IMG/VR virus record: IMGVR_UViG_3300032116_000195
Span: 1 to 61,112 of that record
Source of the DNA: a virus
Lineage: Duplodnaviria > Caudoviricetes
Length of the DNA stretch: 61,112 bases
Strand: one strand, 5' to 3'
A program made the position numbers and the translations under genes. Under the pieces are notes generated by a model. That model was given only the letters and a program-made list of their open reading frames with translations. It was not told where the DNA came from and searched no databases. Below, in pieces: positions 20,619 through 31,898 of the stretch (its first letter is position 1; the number at the start of each line of letters is the position of its first letter).

Positions 20619-22025
20619 ATGGCTCAAGAAACAAGAATAGCTCCTATTGAATTTGATCGCACGCCAACTCAGGTGATGTTGAATATTGCTGAGCAACAAC
20701 AGCAGGATGCATTAAAGCGCCAGCAGGTTGAGTTTGAAAGGGCTAAGTACATGCGTTCTCTTCAAGACGAAGAGATGAAGCGTAGGTATGAAAACGCTCA
20801 GAACTTTAATTCAATACTACAGAATAGTAACTGGTCTAAAGAGACCAGAGATATGTATTTAAAGCAGTTGCTAGAAACTGGATCAAGAGCAAAGGATATC
20901 GAATCATTTGATTTCAGATCAAAGCTTGGTCAGGATATCGCCAAGATATCCCAGTATGATAAGATGGTCAAGGATGTATACGCCAAGGCTGACCAGTATG
21001 TAAATAGCTTGCCTGCAGAACGCAAGGCTGGATTTTCTCCAGAGGTATTCAAGAATAGATTTATACAGTCTGCACTTACCAAAGATGGTAGGTTTAAAAC
21101 TACCGAAGAGATGCAGGCCGACTACGATGACAACCTAGCTGAGAATGTTTATCAGAAGAACCTGAAGGATCTGTATGATGTGTCTGCTGGTTATAAGCAG
21201 GTATCAGAATTAATTAAGGCGCCTGATAATAGTGATGTTGATCTCGGAGGTAAGACTGTAAAGTTTAACCCTGAGCTACAGGTTCTTGATGCAAAGAGTA
21301 AAGAGGTTAAGTTAAGGACAGACCCATTTGGATACATCGATAATAATGTTTATAAAAAGTTTACAGCATTCCCTGCTGTAGATGCAATGTATACAAGAAA
21401 GGCTGAGGAGTTTATCAATAACTACAATGGCGCCACTAAAGAACAAAGGCTTGCACTGTTAAGAACTAATCCATCTATAGATAAGAATGGCGATGGCATT
21501 CCTGATGAGGTCGAGAAGTTAGACATAGATCTTATTAAAAAGGGATTCATGACTCAAGATCTTAAAAGGGAATTGCCGGATATTATTAATAGACCAAAGA
21601 GTGGTGTTACTATTAATGTTGGGAACAGCGGGCCGGGTCTTGAGAAGGGTAGGATTCCTGCATTTAAGACTCTGGTTTCTACGCTTGAAGGTGGTGAAGA
21701 TCCAATGTCTTCTACAAAGATAGATAACAATATTAAGAATGCTATCCTGACTATTGCAGATGAAAATAGTGTAATGAGGGCGGCTGGTAAAAAGCTGTCA
21801 CCATCAATGATTACTGTTAAGAAATCTGGAGATGGATCTGTTGGAATCTACATGAAAGGTTCTGGCAAACTTATCACATCACTTTCAGAACAGAGTTTTG
21901 ACATGAGAGTTAACGAAGCTCTTAGTGGTAAGGCTGTTAGCGCAGCAGGTGCTCAAGGCAATCCAAGCCCAACTGGACTTACATACAAGGGTATTGGTCC
22001 AGACGGTAAGCCGATTTTCGAATAA
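20619..22025 (+). CDS. Internal virion (ejection) protein
   Basis: 468-aa helical, charged ORF between the small ejection protein and the giant protein. Confidence 0.55.
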   Translation: MAQETRIAPIEFDRTPTQVMLNIAEQQQQDALKRQQVEFERAKYMRSLQDEEMKRRYENAQNFNSILQNSNWSKETRDMYLKQLLETGSRAKDIESFDFRSKLGQDIAKISQYDKMVKDVYAKADQYVNSLPAERKAGFSPEVFKNRFIQSALTKDGRFKTTEEMQADYDDNLAENVYQKNLKDLYDVSAGYKQVSELIKAPDNSDVDLGGKTVKFNPELQVLDAKSKEVKLRTDPFGYIDNNVYKKFTAFPAVDAMYTRKAEEFINNYNGATKEQRLALLRTNPSIDKNGDGIPDEVEKLDIDLIKKGFMTQDLKRELPDIINRPKSGVTINVGNSGPGLEKGRIPAFKTLVSTLEGGEDPMSSTKIDNNIKNAILTIADENSVMRAAGKKLSPSMITVKKSGDGSVGIYMKGSGKLITSLSEQSFDMRVNEALSGKAVSAAGAQGNPSPTGLTYKGIGPDGKPIFE

Positions 22026-22039
22026 CATAAACTATCATA

Positions 22040-25000
22040 ATGCCAGATTTTATACTTGACGACAAGAAGAGATCAGAGCTTGACAGCAACATCAAATCGA
22101 TGTTAAGTATGGGTGCGTCTCAACAAGACGTGATGAAATACGCTGATGATTTCGGCAAGATGTTTGGTAAAAAAAAAGACGTTTCTGGTCCGGCTTCTCA
22201 GTCTTCATACTTACCTTCTCCGTTCGCTTCGGAGACTCCTCAGCAAAAGACCCAGAGGCATAGCAATACAGCTAAGTCTGACGCTAAAGGCTTACTAGAT
22301 AATTACGAGTCTGGCCTTAATCAAGCCTTCCAGAAAAGAGACCAGTTCGGTATGGTTGACATGTTTGGTGTTAATCAATTTGAGCAGTCCCGTGAAGGTA
22401 AGGCTGGTAAAATCGTTAAGCAATTCCAAGAGACTGGCACTGCAAAGAAGGAAGATATAAAGTATCTTAATCAAGTGGCGCCAAAGGCTGCTACACAAAT
22501 TGTATTTGCAGGAACTCCACAGGATATAAAGAACAAGATCCAAAAGACTGGTAAAGTTGACGATGCTGATATAGAGTCGTTTGATGTCAACCATAAGTCT
22601 ATTGTTGGTGATGCAATACTAGAGAACACTGCAAAGTTCTACAGAGATCAGAATCAAAAGCAGATTGCTACACTTAATACAATACCCGGATTTAATCAAC
22701 AGCTAGCATCTGATCCAACATATCTGGATGGTTTCTATAAAAACCTAAATGCACAGAAGGCAAAAGAGCTAAGCGCACTCAATTCAAAATACCCATTAAG
22801 AACTGTACCGTCCGGTGTGGCATCTGTACAATATCGTGAGAATGATAACGAATACAAGGCTGCACTAAAATCTATTAATGATAGATACTCCAAGGCATAT
22901 GATGCTATTGGTCGTGTTGCTGCATCAAAGGTTTCTGGCGCAGATAAAGATCCACTTGAGGTCGGTATGGCTTATCTCAAGTATGCTGACCAAGAAAGGT
23001 ATTCATTGGCTAAACAGGCTGGAAGATCTTCTGCAGATAGGGATATAGCGGACCTAGGCAGTCAGATACAGATAGCCAACGCACCTGATCTTGCATCTAT
23101 TAGGAAGGCTAAAGATACATCAGAAACTCTCGATAATAGATTTCCTGACAAGGTAATAGCGGATACTAGAAGAAGGTTAGGAGCTGAGTTGTATAAGGAC
23201 GATAACTGGTTTGCTAATCTGAAGCCATCTGTAGAAAGATTAGATAAAGCTGCAGAACAATTGCCTCAGGCAAATAGAGAAGCATACTACAAGTATGTGA
23301 GACCGATGGAGCAGAGGATGCTAGGAACAGAGATCCCTCAATCTGGCGCCTTAAACCAGCTTATTTCGGGGGTAATGTCTACCGTTGAAGGGACAAATAA
23401 TTTTTTGTCAAGACTGATAGGCCAAAGAACAGAAGCAGATGTTGCAAGGGCAGCTCTTGATTCTCCAACAAGAACAAGGTTTGAAGCTGTCGGTGCGGGT
23501 CCACAGAAAGCTAGGCTTGATGAATTGAATAATAAGGTTAAAGCTGGTAAGCAATTGACAGCTCAGGAAATGGCTGAGAAGTCTGACCTTGAAACATATA
23601 CAGACGTAAGGTCTACACCTCAAGAAATAATCGATGGTTCCCTTAATCTTGCCGGACAGGTTCTGTTTCAGGCATTAGGAACTAAGGGTGTTGCTTCTGG
23701 TTTAGGAGCAGCTACAAAGGCTGCTGGTTTTCTAAAGAATGCAACCACAGCGGCAATGACTGCAGAAGATATTATTGCGGCAAATGCAGTCAATTCTGGC
23801 ATAACCATGCCACAGATTATGAATGCGGCAGGAGCCATGGTAGCGTATTCTAGCTCATATGATCAGGCGGAACAAGAGGGGATGCAACTGTATCCTAACG
23901 ATCCTATGAAGAGAAAGCTATATGCAAAATCTGTAGCTGGTCTCAATGCACTAACTGAAAGAATATTCAAAGACGAGAAAGTTCTTGATGCATTCAGGAG
24001 AGAGGTAAGTCCAAGCGTGGGCGCTCTGGTAAATCAGATTGCTTCTGGTAGTTTAAAGAGGGAGGCGCTTCAGCCTACTATTAAGAATATCGTAAAGGAT
24101 GGACTGAAGATTGTTGGTTTGTCTCAGATAGAAAACCTTAAGGAAACAACTGAAGAGGTGGCAACCAGTATAGGAACAGATCTAACAAAGATGATCTTGT
24201 CCCCAGAAAAGTTTGATCCAAATCAAATGGCGGACAATGTAGCATCTACAGCTACGACAATGTTTACTGATGGTCAGCTTGTTGCACTGTTTGCCGGAAC
24301 TGGTGCGTTTAGGGCCAATAAGGTTGGTGTTAATATGCTGTCTAAGTTAGGTACCGATAAGGCGTTTACTGCTGATGTAAAGAGTGTTATTAATGCTCAG
24401 GTTATGTCAGGCGAATTAACAAGCGAACAGGGTAGGGAGAAGATGGATGTGGTTAACGCCATTGAATCTGTAAATAGGGTCGACATGCCAAAGGTTAAGG
24501 CTGTCGCAGACTTATCTGATAACGCTAGCAAGAAGTATTCAATCGCATTGGCTAACGAGAAGCTGTTAAAGAAGAAGCTTTTATCTAGCGAAGACGAGGC
24601 TCTTAAGACTAAGATACAAGAAGACATCAAGTCAAGCGAAGAGTTTAGGAAGAGTATACTTGACAAGAAGATATTTATTGATGACAACTTTAATGTAGTT
24701 GCAGAAGGCAACAATCAAAGCAAAGTCCAAGGTACAGGAGCCGATAGCAATATCGGCAGCCAAGGGACAGTAGCTGGTAAGAGGTTGTTTAATGACCCTA
24801 ACCCAGAGGCCGCAGTAATTGAGAATGAGTTTAAGGCATCTAAAGGTATTAACACCCCAGAGCCAGCAAAGATTACAAGGCTTGACGAAGAGAAGTCTAA
24901 GAGAATAGCAGACGCATATGACCAGCTTATTGACAGCCCAGACGATCCTGAAGTTCAGGCCGCATATAAGGCTATGGCTGATGAGACTATGGAGCAGTTT

Positions 25001-28000
25001 AATGCTATTGCAAAGTCTGGAGTAAAGGTGGAGATATGGACTGGTAAAGGTGAGCCTTACAAAAACTCAGAGGAGATGATCAAGGATGTGCGTGACAATA
25101 AGCACATGTACATCTTCTCAACAGAAGAAGGATTTGGAGATACACCAATAACAGATACACAAAGGCAGCAGAACGCTCTTCTTACAGACAGTGGTGTAAA
25201 GGATGTAAATGGTAAGCCACTGTTGATTAACGATATCTTCAGGTTTGTTCATGACTATTTTGGCCATACAAGGTTAGGTAATTCATTTGGCGCCATCGGA
25301 GAAGAGAATGCATGGAATGTACATGCAAGGATGTATTCTCCATTAGCCAGAAGAGCAATGACCACAGAGACAAGGGGCCAAAACTCTTGGGTAAACTTCA
25401 ACAAGTCATTCCGTAATCCTGATGGTACAATGAAGAAGAAGGGTGACGAAGGATATGTTCCTCCGGCACAGAGACCTTTCGCTGACCAGAAGATGGCTTT
25501 ATTACCAGAAGAGTTCTCTAATATAGAGGATTCTTATTCTTTAACGAGAGTTGATAAAGACAAGGTATCACAGAACATAGATCAGATTAAGAATAGTGAA
25601 GGAGAGGCTGGAGTTACAATGAACATCGATGGTAGTGTATATACTGGAGGTGGCCTTGTAGTACCTGCAGCTTCAATTAATACCACTACAGAAGAGATCA
25701 CGCCAGAGATGGTAGATCAGTTTGTAGAGGATAATCGTGACAAGATTGAGGGCAACCAGTTTAAGATTGGTCTGTATAAGTTTCCCGGCAGCAACCGTGT
25801 TTCCATAGATCTTAATATTATTACTCCAAAAGAGAACAGAGATGTTGCTGTGAAGTTTGCAGGAATGGCTGGCCAAGAATCTATCTACGATCTTGACACC
25901 AATGAAAACATAAAGACTGGATCTACTGGCGACAACCCAACCAAGTTTAATAACAGGCAGTTCAGAGAGATTGCAAATGCATTGGCCAATAATAGGATGC
26001 CAAATGTATTTGGCAAAGGTACAGATGTGGTGACCAGAACTTTGGCAGAGTCAATTGATATGGCTTCAAGGGCTTTGAAGAGGGCTGGCATTAAGTTTAA
26101 GATTGTTGACTCAGCAACTGATACTGAAGGGGCTAGGGCTGCTAGGGGTAATCAAGGTCTTTTTATTGCAGCAGATGGAACAATTATCATAGACAAGTCT
26201 AAGCTTGCTAACGACATCGAGGCTGGACTGGTTGTGTGGCACGAGGCTGCACATCCTGTGATGAACATCATAAGGAACACCGACAAGAAGTTGTACGATG
26301 CGGTAGTTCGGGGGCTTAATGGAGCAGCTAAAACCAATGACGGAGTATTCGGTGCTCTTGACTGGGCCAAAGAAAACTACTCAAGAGAGAAGTTATCTCA
26401 AATGTATGGACGTGAGGTTTCTGAAGAAGAGGCCGCAGAGGTTCAGAATGACGAAGCTATTGTAGAAACAATAGGTAGAATTAACTCTGGATTAATTGAT
26501 GTATCCAAGCTGGATACTGGATTGCGCCAGAAGCTTATTGATTTTGTGAACAGTATTGCTAAATTTTTTGGCATTGACCCTATCCTAAACGACACAGATC
26601 TTGCAGCATTCAAAAAGACTGTCAGCCAAGTTGCTGATGCGTTGAAGACTGGTAGAGATATCGCTGAAGTTGTTGGTGAAAGTAATGTAAAAAGATTTGA
26701 AGCATCGACTGAACAATCTAGGATAAGCAATGATGAGAATCCAGTATTCTTTGAGAATATTAAGAACTTTGCAAACCAATCAAGCTTTGCAAACAAAGTT
26801 GATTTTAAAGACGCTGTTCAGGCTAAGCTTAAAAGTTTTATCCCGGAACTTAAAAAGAAGTATGGTAAGGGATTTGACCCAACTGTTTATAACGATAGTA
26901 CCAAAAAGTATCTTTCTGATGTATTAACAAAAGAGGCTGCTAATGCTATATCTGCCCACCCAGAAGCTATAGGATGGTATGATGAAAAGACACAGTCTGC
27001 TCTTGCTGCAATTAGTGCTATACATCCGGAGATAGAGACAGATCAGGAAGCTAGGGGAGCATTCATTTTACCTCTGGCTGTGATGTCAAATGGTAATAAA
27101 GTAGACAAGAACTTTGAGCTTGCTGAGAAGCAGTATCAGATATTTAAGGATACAAAAAGGTTTGATCCAAACGGAGACTTTGGTGCTCAACAGGTTGGTA
27201 TTAAAAAGTCACTTAAGCTTATTAATGGCCTATTAGATAATGGCGTAACGATGGCTGAGATAAATCAGTTCTTGACATCTAAGCATCGTGCTGGCGATCT
27301 CAAGTATCGTAAGCCTGATGGAAAGTTGGGTGATCTAGTTAGTGGAGAGTTGGCTAATGAGGATGTCTATGGAGCTGTAATACTTGGCCCAAAGATTGGA
27401 AATGGATTCTATATGAATCTGTGGGGTGAGTTTGGGCAGCTTACTATGGACCGCTGGTTCATGCGTACATGGGGCCGCCTTACTGGGACTTTGATTGAAC
27501 GTGATAAGGATCTGATATCTAACGGTAAAAAGAGAATAGCATCTTCAATACAAGATATAAAGTCTGACAAAGAGGCTTCTAAGATATTAAAGTCCGTAAT
27601 TGGTTCTGTATCTGGCAGGTCTGTATCGGACATTGCAAATGCAATTGAGAAAGCTTCTGCTAAAAAAGATGTAAGAAATTTATTATCTTCGAATCAGAAA
27701 ACAGATGAGCTTCGTAAGGCTGGTAATGGTCTGGCTAAACTGTTGAGGGGAGAGAAGGAAGCGCCATCTAGCGGAGAGGAAAGGAAGTTTATCAGGGATG
27801 TATTCTCTGATGTGCAGAGAAGGTTAAGCGAAGAGAACGGTGTTGATATCACAATGGCAGATCTTCAAGCTGTAATGTGGTATCCAGAAAAGATACTGTA
27901 TGAATCCTTCAAAGAGGGAGAGTCTTTTGAAGATGCTTCCGAAGGATATACTGAAGATTCTGCACCAGATTATTTTAACGCAGCAAAGAAACTTGCTAAA

Positions 28001-31000
28001 AAATTAGGAGTAACAGATGAAGAAATTAATCAAGCCGTATCAGGCAGACGAGCAAATACTTCCGGAGGTACAAGAGTCGGAGATTCCCTTGCTGGCGAAA
28101 CAGTTGGCAGAAATGATCAAGAAGTCCTCGGTAAAATCAGACAACTCAAAGGCGGAGCAGCAGAGCTCAGTAAAAAATCAAGAGCGCAAGCCTCTGTAGG
28201 CAACCGCAACCTCGCACCTAACGGCAAACCATCCAACCTTAATGACAAACAATACGAACAGGTAAGAACGCCTGAGTTTAAGAATTGGTTTGGCGATTGG
28301 GAGAATGATCCTGCCAATGCATCTAAGGTTGTCGATGAGAATGGAGAGCCGTTGGTTGTTTATCATGGAGGAACATTAAATCCTGAAGACAGAGGTAAGG
28401 ATACATATACAGGAGACTATGGACTATATTTTACTTCTAGTCAAAGCAGAGCAAAGTCCTACACAAAATCTTCAAGCAAAGACTATAGAGATAAGTCTAA
28501 GGTTTTTGATGCTTATCTAAATATAAGAAATCCACTACCAAAAAACATATGGTCAAAGTGGAAGTATGGTGCTGATAGAATATCACAAAAAGAGTTTCAA
28601 TCACTTGAAGAAAATGCGGCTGATGGTATCATAGATAAGGGCATGCTTGGTATGAAATACACTAGCCAGTATGTCGTATTAGATATGGGTCAAATCAAAT
28701 CCGCAACAGATAACTCTGGCGCATTCAGCACTACAGATAACAGGATACAGGCTTCGGTAGGAAACCGTTCAGAAGAAGACCTTCGTGCTCCGGGTAAAGG
28801 CAAAGAAAGGAACAGGGCTTTGTCATCTAAGTTTGGTGATCTCGATCCCGAGACTCAGGCTAAGATTCAAGACGATGCTGTTACATATTTCCAGCGTCCC
28901 AACAAGCAGACATCAGAGGCTGTCAACGAGTTCTTGGATGGACTCAATATAGTGGATGCTGCTGACTATGTTCTAGGCAATCCAGATATTCCAGAAGTTT
29001 CCAAGGTTTGGATGGCTGCAGAGGTAGCTAAAAGACTTGGCACTCAGATGTCAGCAGAGACAGATCCTGCAATCAAGGAAGCTCTGGCCGATAAGCAAGC
29101 TGCCATATACAATGAGTTCGCAAAGAAAGCTACAGACTTAGGTCAGGCGGTTCAGGCATTCATAGCATTTAAGAAAGATCCTAATGCAGTTGAGTTCTTC
29201 CTGCCAAAGATACTTAGAGAACTTAAGAAGAAGGGAGTTGAGAATATTAGTGAGGTGCAGAAGGGAGAGATCGTTGGTATGTTGAAGGATGTTAACAATG
29301 CAAGCGAAGGTTTACCAAAAGACAAGGCAATTATTAAGCTGTCTCACTACTTGGCTGGCATTGCGCCAATGAAACCAATGGACGTATTGCAAGCCTTGTG
29401 GTATGCAAAGATCCTGTCTGGTGTTACAACACAGTCAACCAACTTCTTTGCCAACATATTTAATACTGCGTTCGAATTACCAGCGGTAGCCTTCAGGATT
29501 GCCATGTTGAATGGTTCTCCTATGTCTATGATTGCTGGCGTAAAAGGATTCGGTTCGGGGGTTGCCAAAGGAGCTATAACAGCGGCAGACATCATGAAGT
29601 CTGGCGTTAGGTCTAAAGAGTCAGACAAATACTTCTCTGAGAGTCCACTAGAGTATTTCACTTGGAGTAAGTGGCTAGGTAAGAAAGGTCAGGTTCTGGA
29701 TAAGATACCACCATTAAACTTTGGCGCATGGAAGTATGTAGGTAGAATGCTTGCCGCTACTGACGCACTGTTCTCTACGGCTAACCAAGAAGCTATTGCT
29801 AACATGCTAGCCTATGCTGAAGCTGCTGGCACTCCTGCTGGAAATAATTTCAAGAAGGCCAATCAAATGCTTGGCAACACAAAGGAGAATATATCCAACG
29901 CCAGAAGTCAGGCTACTGCCGAAGGGTTTAAGCCGGGTACTTTGCAGCACAAGAGAAGGGTAATTGAGATAGTTGCACAGGGTAGAAAAGGAACAGCCGA
30001 GGCTGATGCTATTGGTAAGAGGATCACAATGAACTACGATCCAGAGGGTTGGACTAAACCACTGTTTGATGCAACTGTTGCGTTGCAACAGAAGTTCCCA
30101 GCCATTAAGATGGTAGTCCCATTCGCTAGGATCGTTGCTAACCTTACAGAGAACTCTCTTAATTATAGTCCTTTTGGATTGATAAAGGCTGCTACTGGAT
30201 TAAGGAATCCATTTAATGATAGATCTAATAAGCTTACCACAGAAGAGCGTATCGACATGTTCAACAAGTTTGCTATTGGGATGACAGCTCTGTCGATTCT
30301 TGCAAGCAAGGTTGGTGAGGATGACGATGATTGGTTTGAAATTACTGCTGGCGGATCTACTGATATTCAGAAAAGATATGAACTTCAGAAAGGCAAATGG
30401 AGGCCGTATACCATAACACTCAAAGACGGTACTAAGATATCGTATAAAGACTGGCCAATCGCAGGTATTCTTGCTGGCGTTGGTCATATAAGAGACGCCA
30501 AGAAGTACAGCTTTGATGATAACACGCAGCTTCCGCTATATGCATACGGTTTCTTCTTGAATATGTATGACAAGTCCTTGCTGTCTGGACTCCAAGATTT
30601 CTTTGGAATGTTTGACGTTCAGGCTGGTCGTGGGAAGTATGCCCCAGACTCAAAGATGTCTCAAAGAATGGAGAAGTATGTTGCACAGCAGGTTAAGTCT
30701 GTAGCTGTATCCAATCTCGCACAGCAGACTGGTAGATTATATAGTGAGCTTGTTACTGGCGATCCACAGCGTGATGCTAAAACTTTCATGGAGGTTATAT
30801 ACAGAGACCTTCCAATGTTTAACGATCGCATCAGGCCAATCATTGATGTGTTTGGCGAGGAGGTTAAGTATAACACTACAGAGAGATTGACTCCTGTTTC
30901 AAATCCTGAAGGAGACAAGATGATCAAGTGGCTTAACGAGAACAAGTTCTTTGTTGGAGTGCCTAAGAAGATGAACATCATAATGGAGGATGGTACCGAG

Positions 31001-31195
31001 AGGCCAATGAATGATCAGGAATATTATGAGTATAGGAAGCTTGCTGGTCAGGAATCCAAGAAGATGATCCAAGAATTTATGGATGGTATCAAAGAGGATG
31101 ATAGGATGATAAGTGAGTCTATGTTTGATGCTGCACTTGAGACTGCTAGGTCTATAGCATATGTACAGATACTTGAGAAATACGGATTCAAATGA
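22040..31195 (+). CDS. Giant polyvalent internal virion protein (3051 aa)
   Basis: Contains HDYFGH and HEAAH zincin-like motifs, an ART-PolyVal-like segment (TPEFKNWFGDW...VVYHG...YFT...QIKSATDNSGAFS) and a helical LPD38-like C-terminus. Confidence 0.75.
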   Translation: MPDFILDDKKRSELDSNIKSMLSMGASQQDVMKYADDFGKMFGKKKDVSGPASQSSYLPSPFASETPQQKTQRHSNTAKSDAKGLLDNYESGLNQAFQKRDQFGMVDMFGVNQFEQSREGKAGKIVKQFQETGTAKKEDIKYLNQVAPKAATQIVFAGTPQDIKNKIQKTGKVDDADIESFDVNHKSIVGDAILENTAKFYRDQNQKQIATLNTIPGFNQQLASDPTYLDGFYKNLNAQKAKELSALNSKYPLRTVPSGVASVQYRENDNEYKAALKSINDRYSKAYDAIGRVAASKVSGADKDPLEVGMAYLKYADQERYSLAKQAGRSSADRDIADLGSQIQIANAPDLASIRKAKDTSETLDNRFPDKVIADTRRRLGAELYKDDNWFANLKPSVERLDKAAEQLPQANREAYYKYVRPMEQRMLGTEIPQSGALNQLISGVMSTVEGTNNFLSRLIGQRTEADVARAALDSPTRTRFEAVGAGPQKARLDELNNKVKAGKQLTAQEMAEKSDLETYTDVRSTPQEIIDGSLNLAGQVLFQALGTKGVASGLGAATKAAGFLKNATTAAMTAEDIIAANAVNSGITMPQIMNAAGAMVAYSSSYDQAEQEGMQLYPNDPMKRKLYAKSVAGLNALTERIFKDEKVLDAFRREVSPSVGALVNQIASGSLKREALQPTIKNIVKDGLKIVGLSQIENLKETTEEVATSIGTDLTKMILSPEKFDPNQMADNVASTATTMFTDGQLVALFAGTGAFRANKVGVNMLSKLGTDKAFTADVKSVINAQVMSGELTSEQGREKMDVVNAIESVNRVDMPKVKAVADLSDNASKKYSIALANEKLLKKKLLSSEDEALKTKIQEDIKSSEEFRKSILDKKIFIDDNFNVVAEGNNQSKVQGTGADSNIGSQGTVAGKRLFNDPNPEAAVIENEFKASKGINTPEPAKITRLDEEKSKRIADAYDQLIDSPDDPEVQAAYKAMADETMEQFNAIAKSGVKVEIWTGKGEPYKNSEEMIKDVRDNKHMYIFSTEEGFGDTPITDTQRQQNALLTDSGVKDVNGKPLLINDIFRFVHDYFGHTRLGNSFGAIGEENAWNVHARMYSPLARRAMTTETRGQNSWVNFNKSFRNPDGTMKKKGDEGYVPPAQRPFADQKMALLPEEFSNIEDSYSLTRVDKDKVSQNIDQIKNSEGEAGVTMNIDGSVYTGGGLVVPAASINTTTEEITPEMVDQFVEDNRDKIEGNQFKIGLYKFPGSNRVSIDLNIITPKENRDVAVKFAGMAGQESIYDLDTNENIKTGSTGDNPTKFNNRQFREIANALANNRMPNVFGKGTDVVTRTLAESIDMASRALKRAGIKFKIVDSATDTEGARAARGNQGLFIAADGTIIIDKSKLANDIEAGLVVWHEAAHPVMNIIRNTDKKLYDAVVRGLNGAAKTNDGVFGALDWAKENYSREKLSQMYGREVSEEEAAEVQNDEAIVETIGRINSGLIDVSKLDTGLRQKLIDFVNSIAKFFGIDPILNDTDLAAFKKTVSQVADALKTGRDIAEVVGESNVKRFEASTEQSRISNDENPVFFENIKNFANQSSFANKVDFKDAVQAKLKSFIPELKKKYGKGFDPTVYNDSTKKYLSDVLTKEAANAISAHPEAIGWYDEKTQSALAAISAIHPEIETDQEARGAFILPLAVMSNGNKVDKNFELAEKQYQIFKDTKRFDPNGDFGAQQVGIKKSLKLINGLLDNGVTMAEINQFLTSKHRAGDLKYRKPDGKLGDLVSGELANEDVYGAVILGPKIGNGFYMNLWGEFGQLTMDRWFMRTWGRLTGTLIERDKDLISNGKKRIASSIQDIKSDKEASKILKSVIGSVSGRSVSDIANAIEKASAKKDVRNLLSSNQKTDELRKAGNGLAKLLRGEKEAPSSGEERKFIRDVFSDVQRRLSEENGVDITMADLQAVMWYPEKILYESFKEGESFEDASEGYTEDSAPDYFNAAKKLAKKLGVTDEEINQAVSGRRANTSGGTRVGDSLAGETVGRNDQEVLGKIRQLKGGAAELSKKSRAQASVGNRNLAPNGKPSNLNDKQYEQVRTPEFKNWFGDWENDPANASKVVDENGEPLVVYHGGTLNPEDRGKDTYTGDYGLYFTSSQSRAKSYTKSSSKDYRDKSKVFDAYLNIRNPLPKNIWSKWKYGADRISQKEFQSLEENAADGIIDKGMLGMKYTSQYVVLDMGQIKSATDNSGAFSTTDNRIQASVGNRSEEDLRAPGKGKERNRALSSKFGDLDPETQAKIQDDAVTYFQRPNKQTSEAVNEFLDGLNIVDAADYVLGNPDIPEVSKVWMAAEVAKRLGTQMSAETDPAIKEALADKQAAIYNEFAKKATDLGQAVQAFIAFKKDPNAVEFFLPKILRELKKKGVENISEVQKGEIVGMLKDVNNASEGLPKDKAIIKLSHYLAGIAPMKPMDVLQALWYAKILSGVTTQSTNFFANIFNTAFELPAVAFRIAMLNGSPMSMIAGVKGFGSGVAKGAITAADIMKSGVRSKESDKYFSESPLEYFTWSKWLGKKGQVLDKIPPLNFGAWKYVGRMLAATDALFSTANQEAIANMLAYAEAAGTPAGNNFKKANQMLGNTKENISNARSQATAEGFKPGTLQHKRRVIEIVAQGRKGTAEADAIGKRITMNYDPEGWTKPLFDATVALQQKFPAIKMVVPFARIVANLTENSLNYSPFGLIKAATGLRNPFNDRSNKLTTEERIDMFNKFAIGMTALSILASKVGEDDDDWFEITAGGSTDIQKRYELQKGKWRPYTITLKDGTKISYKDWPIAGILAGVGHIRDAKKYSFDDNTQLPLYAYGFFLNMYDKSLLSGLQDFFGMFDVQAGRGKYAPDSKMSQRMEKYVAQQVKSVAVSNLAQQTGRLYSELVTGDPQRDAKTFMEVIYRDLPMFNDRIRPIIDVFGEEVKYNTTERLTPVSNPEGDKMIKWLNENKFFVGVPKKMNIIMEDGTERPMNDQEYYEYRKLAGQESKKMIQEFMDGIKEDDRMISESMFDAALETARSIAYVQILEKYGFK

Positions 31196-31641
31196 ACAAG
31201 GCAGGAACAGATCTGGTGAAATCTTTCGAAGGTCTCAGGCTTGAGGCTTATCGGTGCAGCTCAAATAAGGAAACTATTGGCTACGGCAATACCTTCTATG
31301 AAGATGGAACTAAAGTAAAGATGGGAGATAAGATCACTGTCGATCGTGCAGTCAAGTTGCTAGAGTTTATACTGGATAAATTTGAAGATAGTGTTAATCG
31401 CCTAGTAACCAGCAAGTTAAATGAAAATCAAATGTCAGCGCTGGTAAGCTTCGCATACAACTGCGGTGTAAACAACCTTAAGTCATCTACGCTTCTGAAG
31501 AAAGTTAATGCCAACCCAGACGATCCAACTATTGCAGACGAGTTTAAGAAGTGGACCAGAGCCAATGGCAAGATACTGACTGGACTTGTCAAGAGAAGGA
31601 ACGCAGAATCCACCCTGTATTTTACTAAGCTTAATAATTAA
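31192..31641 (+). CDS. Endolysin, GH24 lysozyme
   Basis: FEGLRLEAY..TIGYG, ALVSFAYNCG and GLVKRRNAE motifs. Confidence 0.9.
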   Translation: MNKAGTDLVKSFEGLRLEAYRCSSNKETIGYGNTFYEDGTKVKMGDKITVDRAVKLLEFILDKFEDSVNRLVTSKLNENQMSALVSFAYNCGVNNLKSSTLLKKVNANPDDPTIADEFKKWTRANGKILTGLVKRRNAESTLYFTKLNN

Positions 31642-31658
31642 CCTTAAATATTTTTGCA

Positions 31659-31898
31659 ATGAGAAAGTTCTTTTCAGACCTATTCAATGACAGTAATTCA
31701 ATCAATGAGAAGAATGTCATTGGAGTATGGGCATTCTTCGTGATGGTAGTTTACTCATTTGTTGACGTAGCTACCGGAGCTTTTGGTAAAGACCTCGCTA
31801 TCAATGAGAGAATATATACATCCTTCGAGACTATTGTCTTGGGGGCATTCATCATATCTGCAGGAGAGAAGATAACTAAGATAATCAATGGCAAGTAG
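31659..31898 (+). CDS. Holin-like membrane protein
   Basis: Two hydrophobic segments; next to the lysozyme. Confidence 0.5.
   Translation: MRKFFSDLFNDSNSINEKNVIGVWAFFVMVVYSFVDVATGAFGKDLAINERIYTSFETIVLGAFIISAGEKITKIINGK

Noticed and set aside
22169-22177. A9 run as a programmed -1 frameshift in the giant gene
   Set aside because: The zero frame stays open for 3051 aa and the -1 frame stops after about 28 codons; nothing else supports it
22040-31195. crAss-type virion RNA polymerase
   Set aside because: No recognisable catalytic DxDxD context; the motifs fit polyvalent proteins instead
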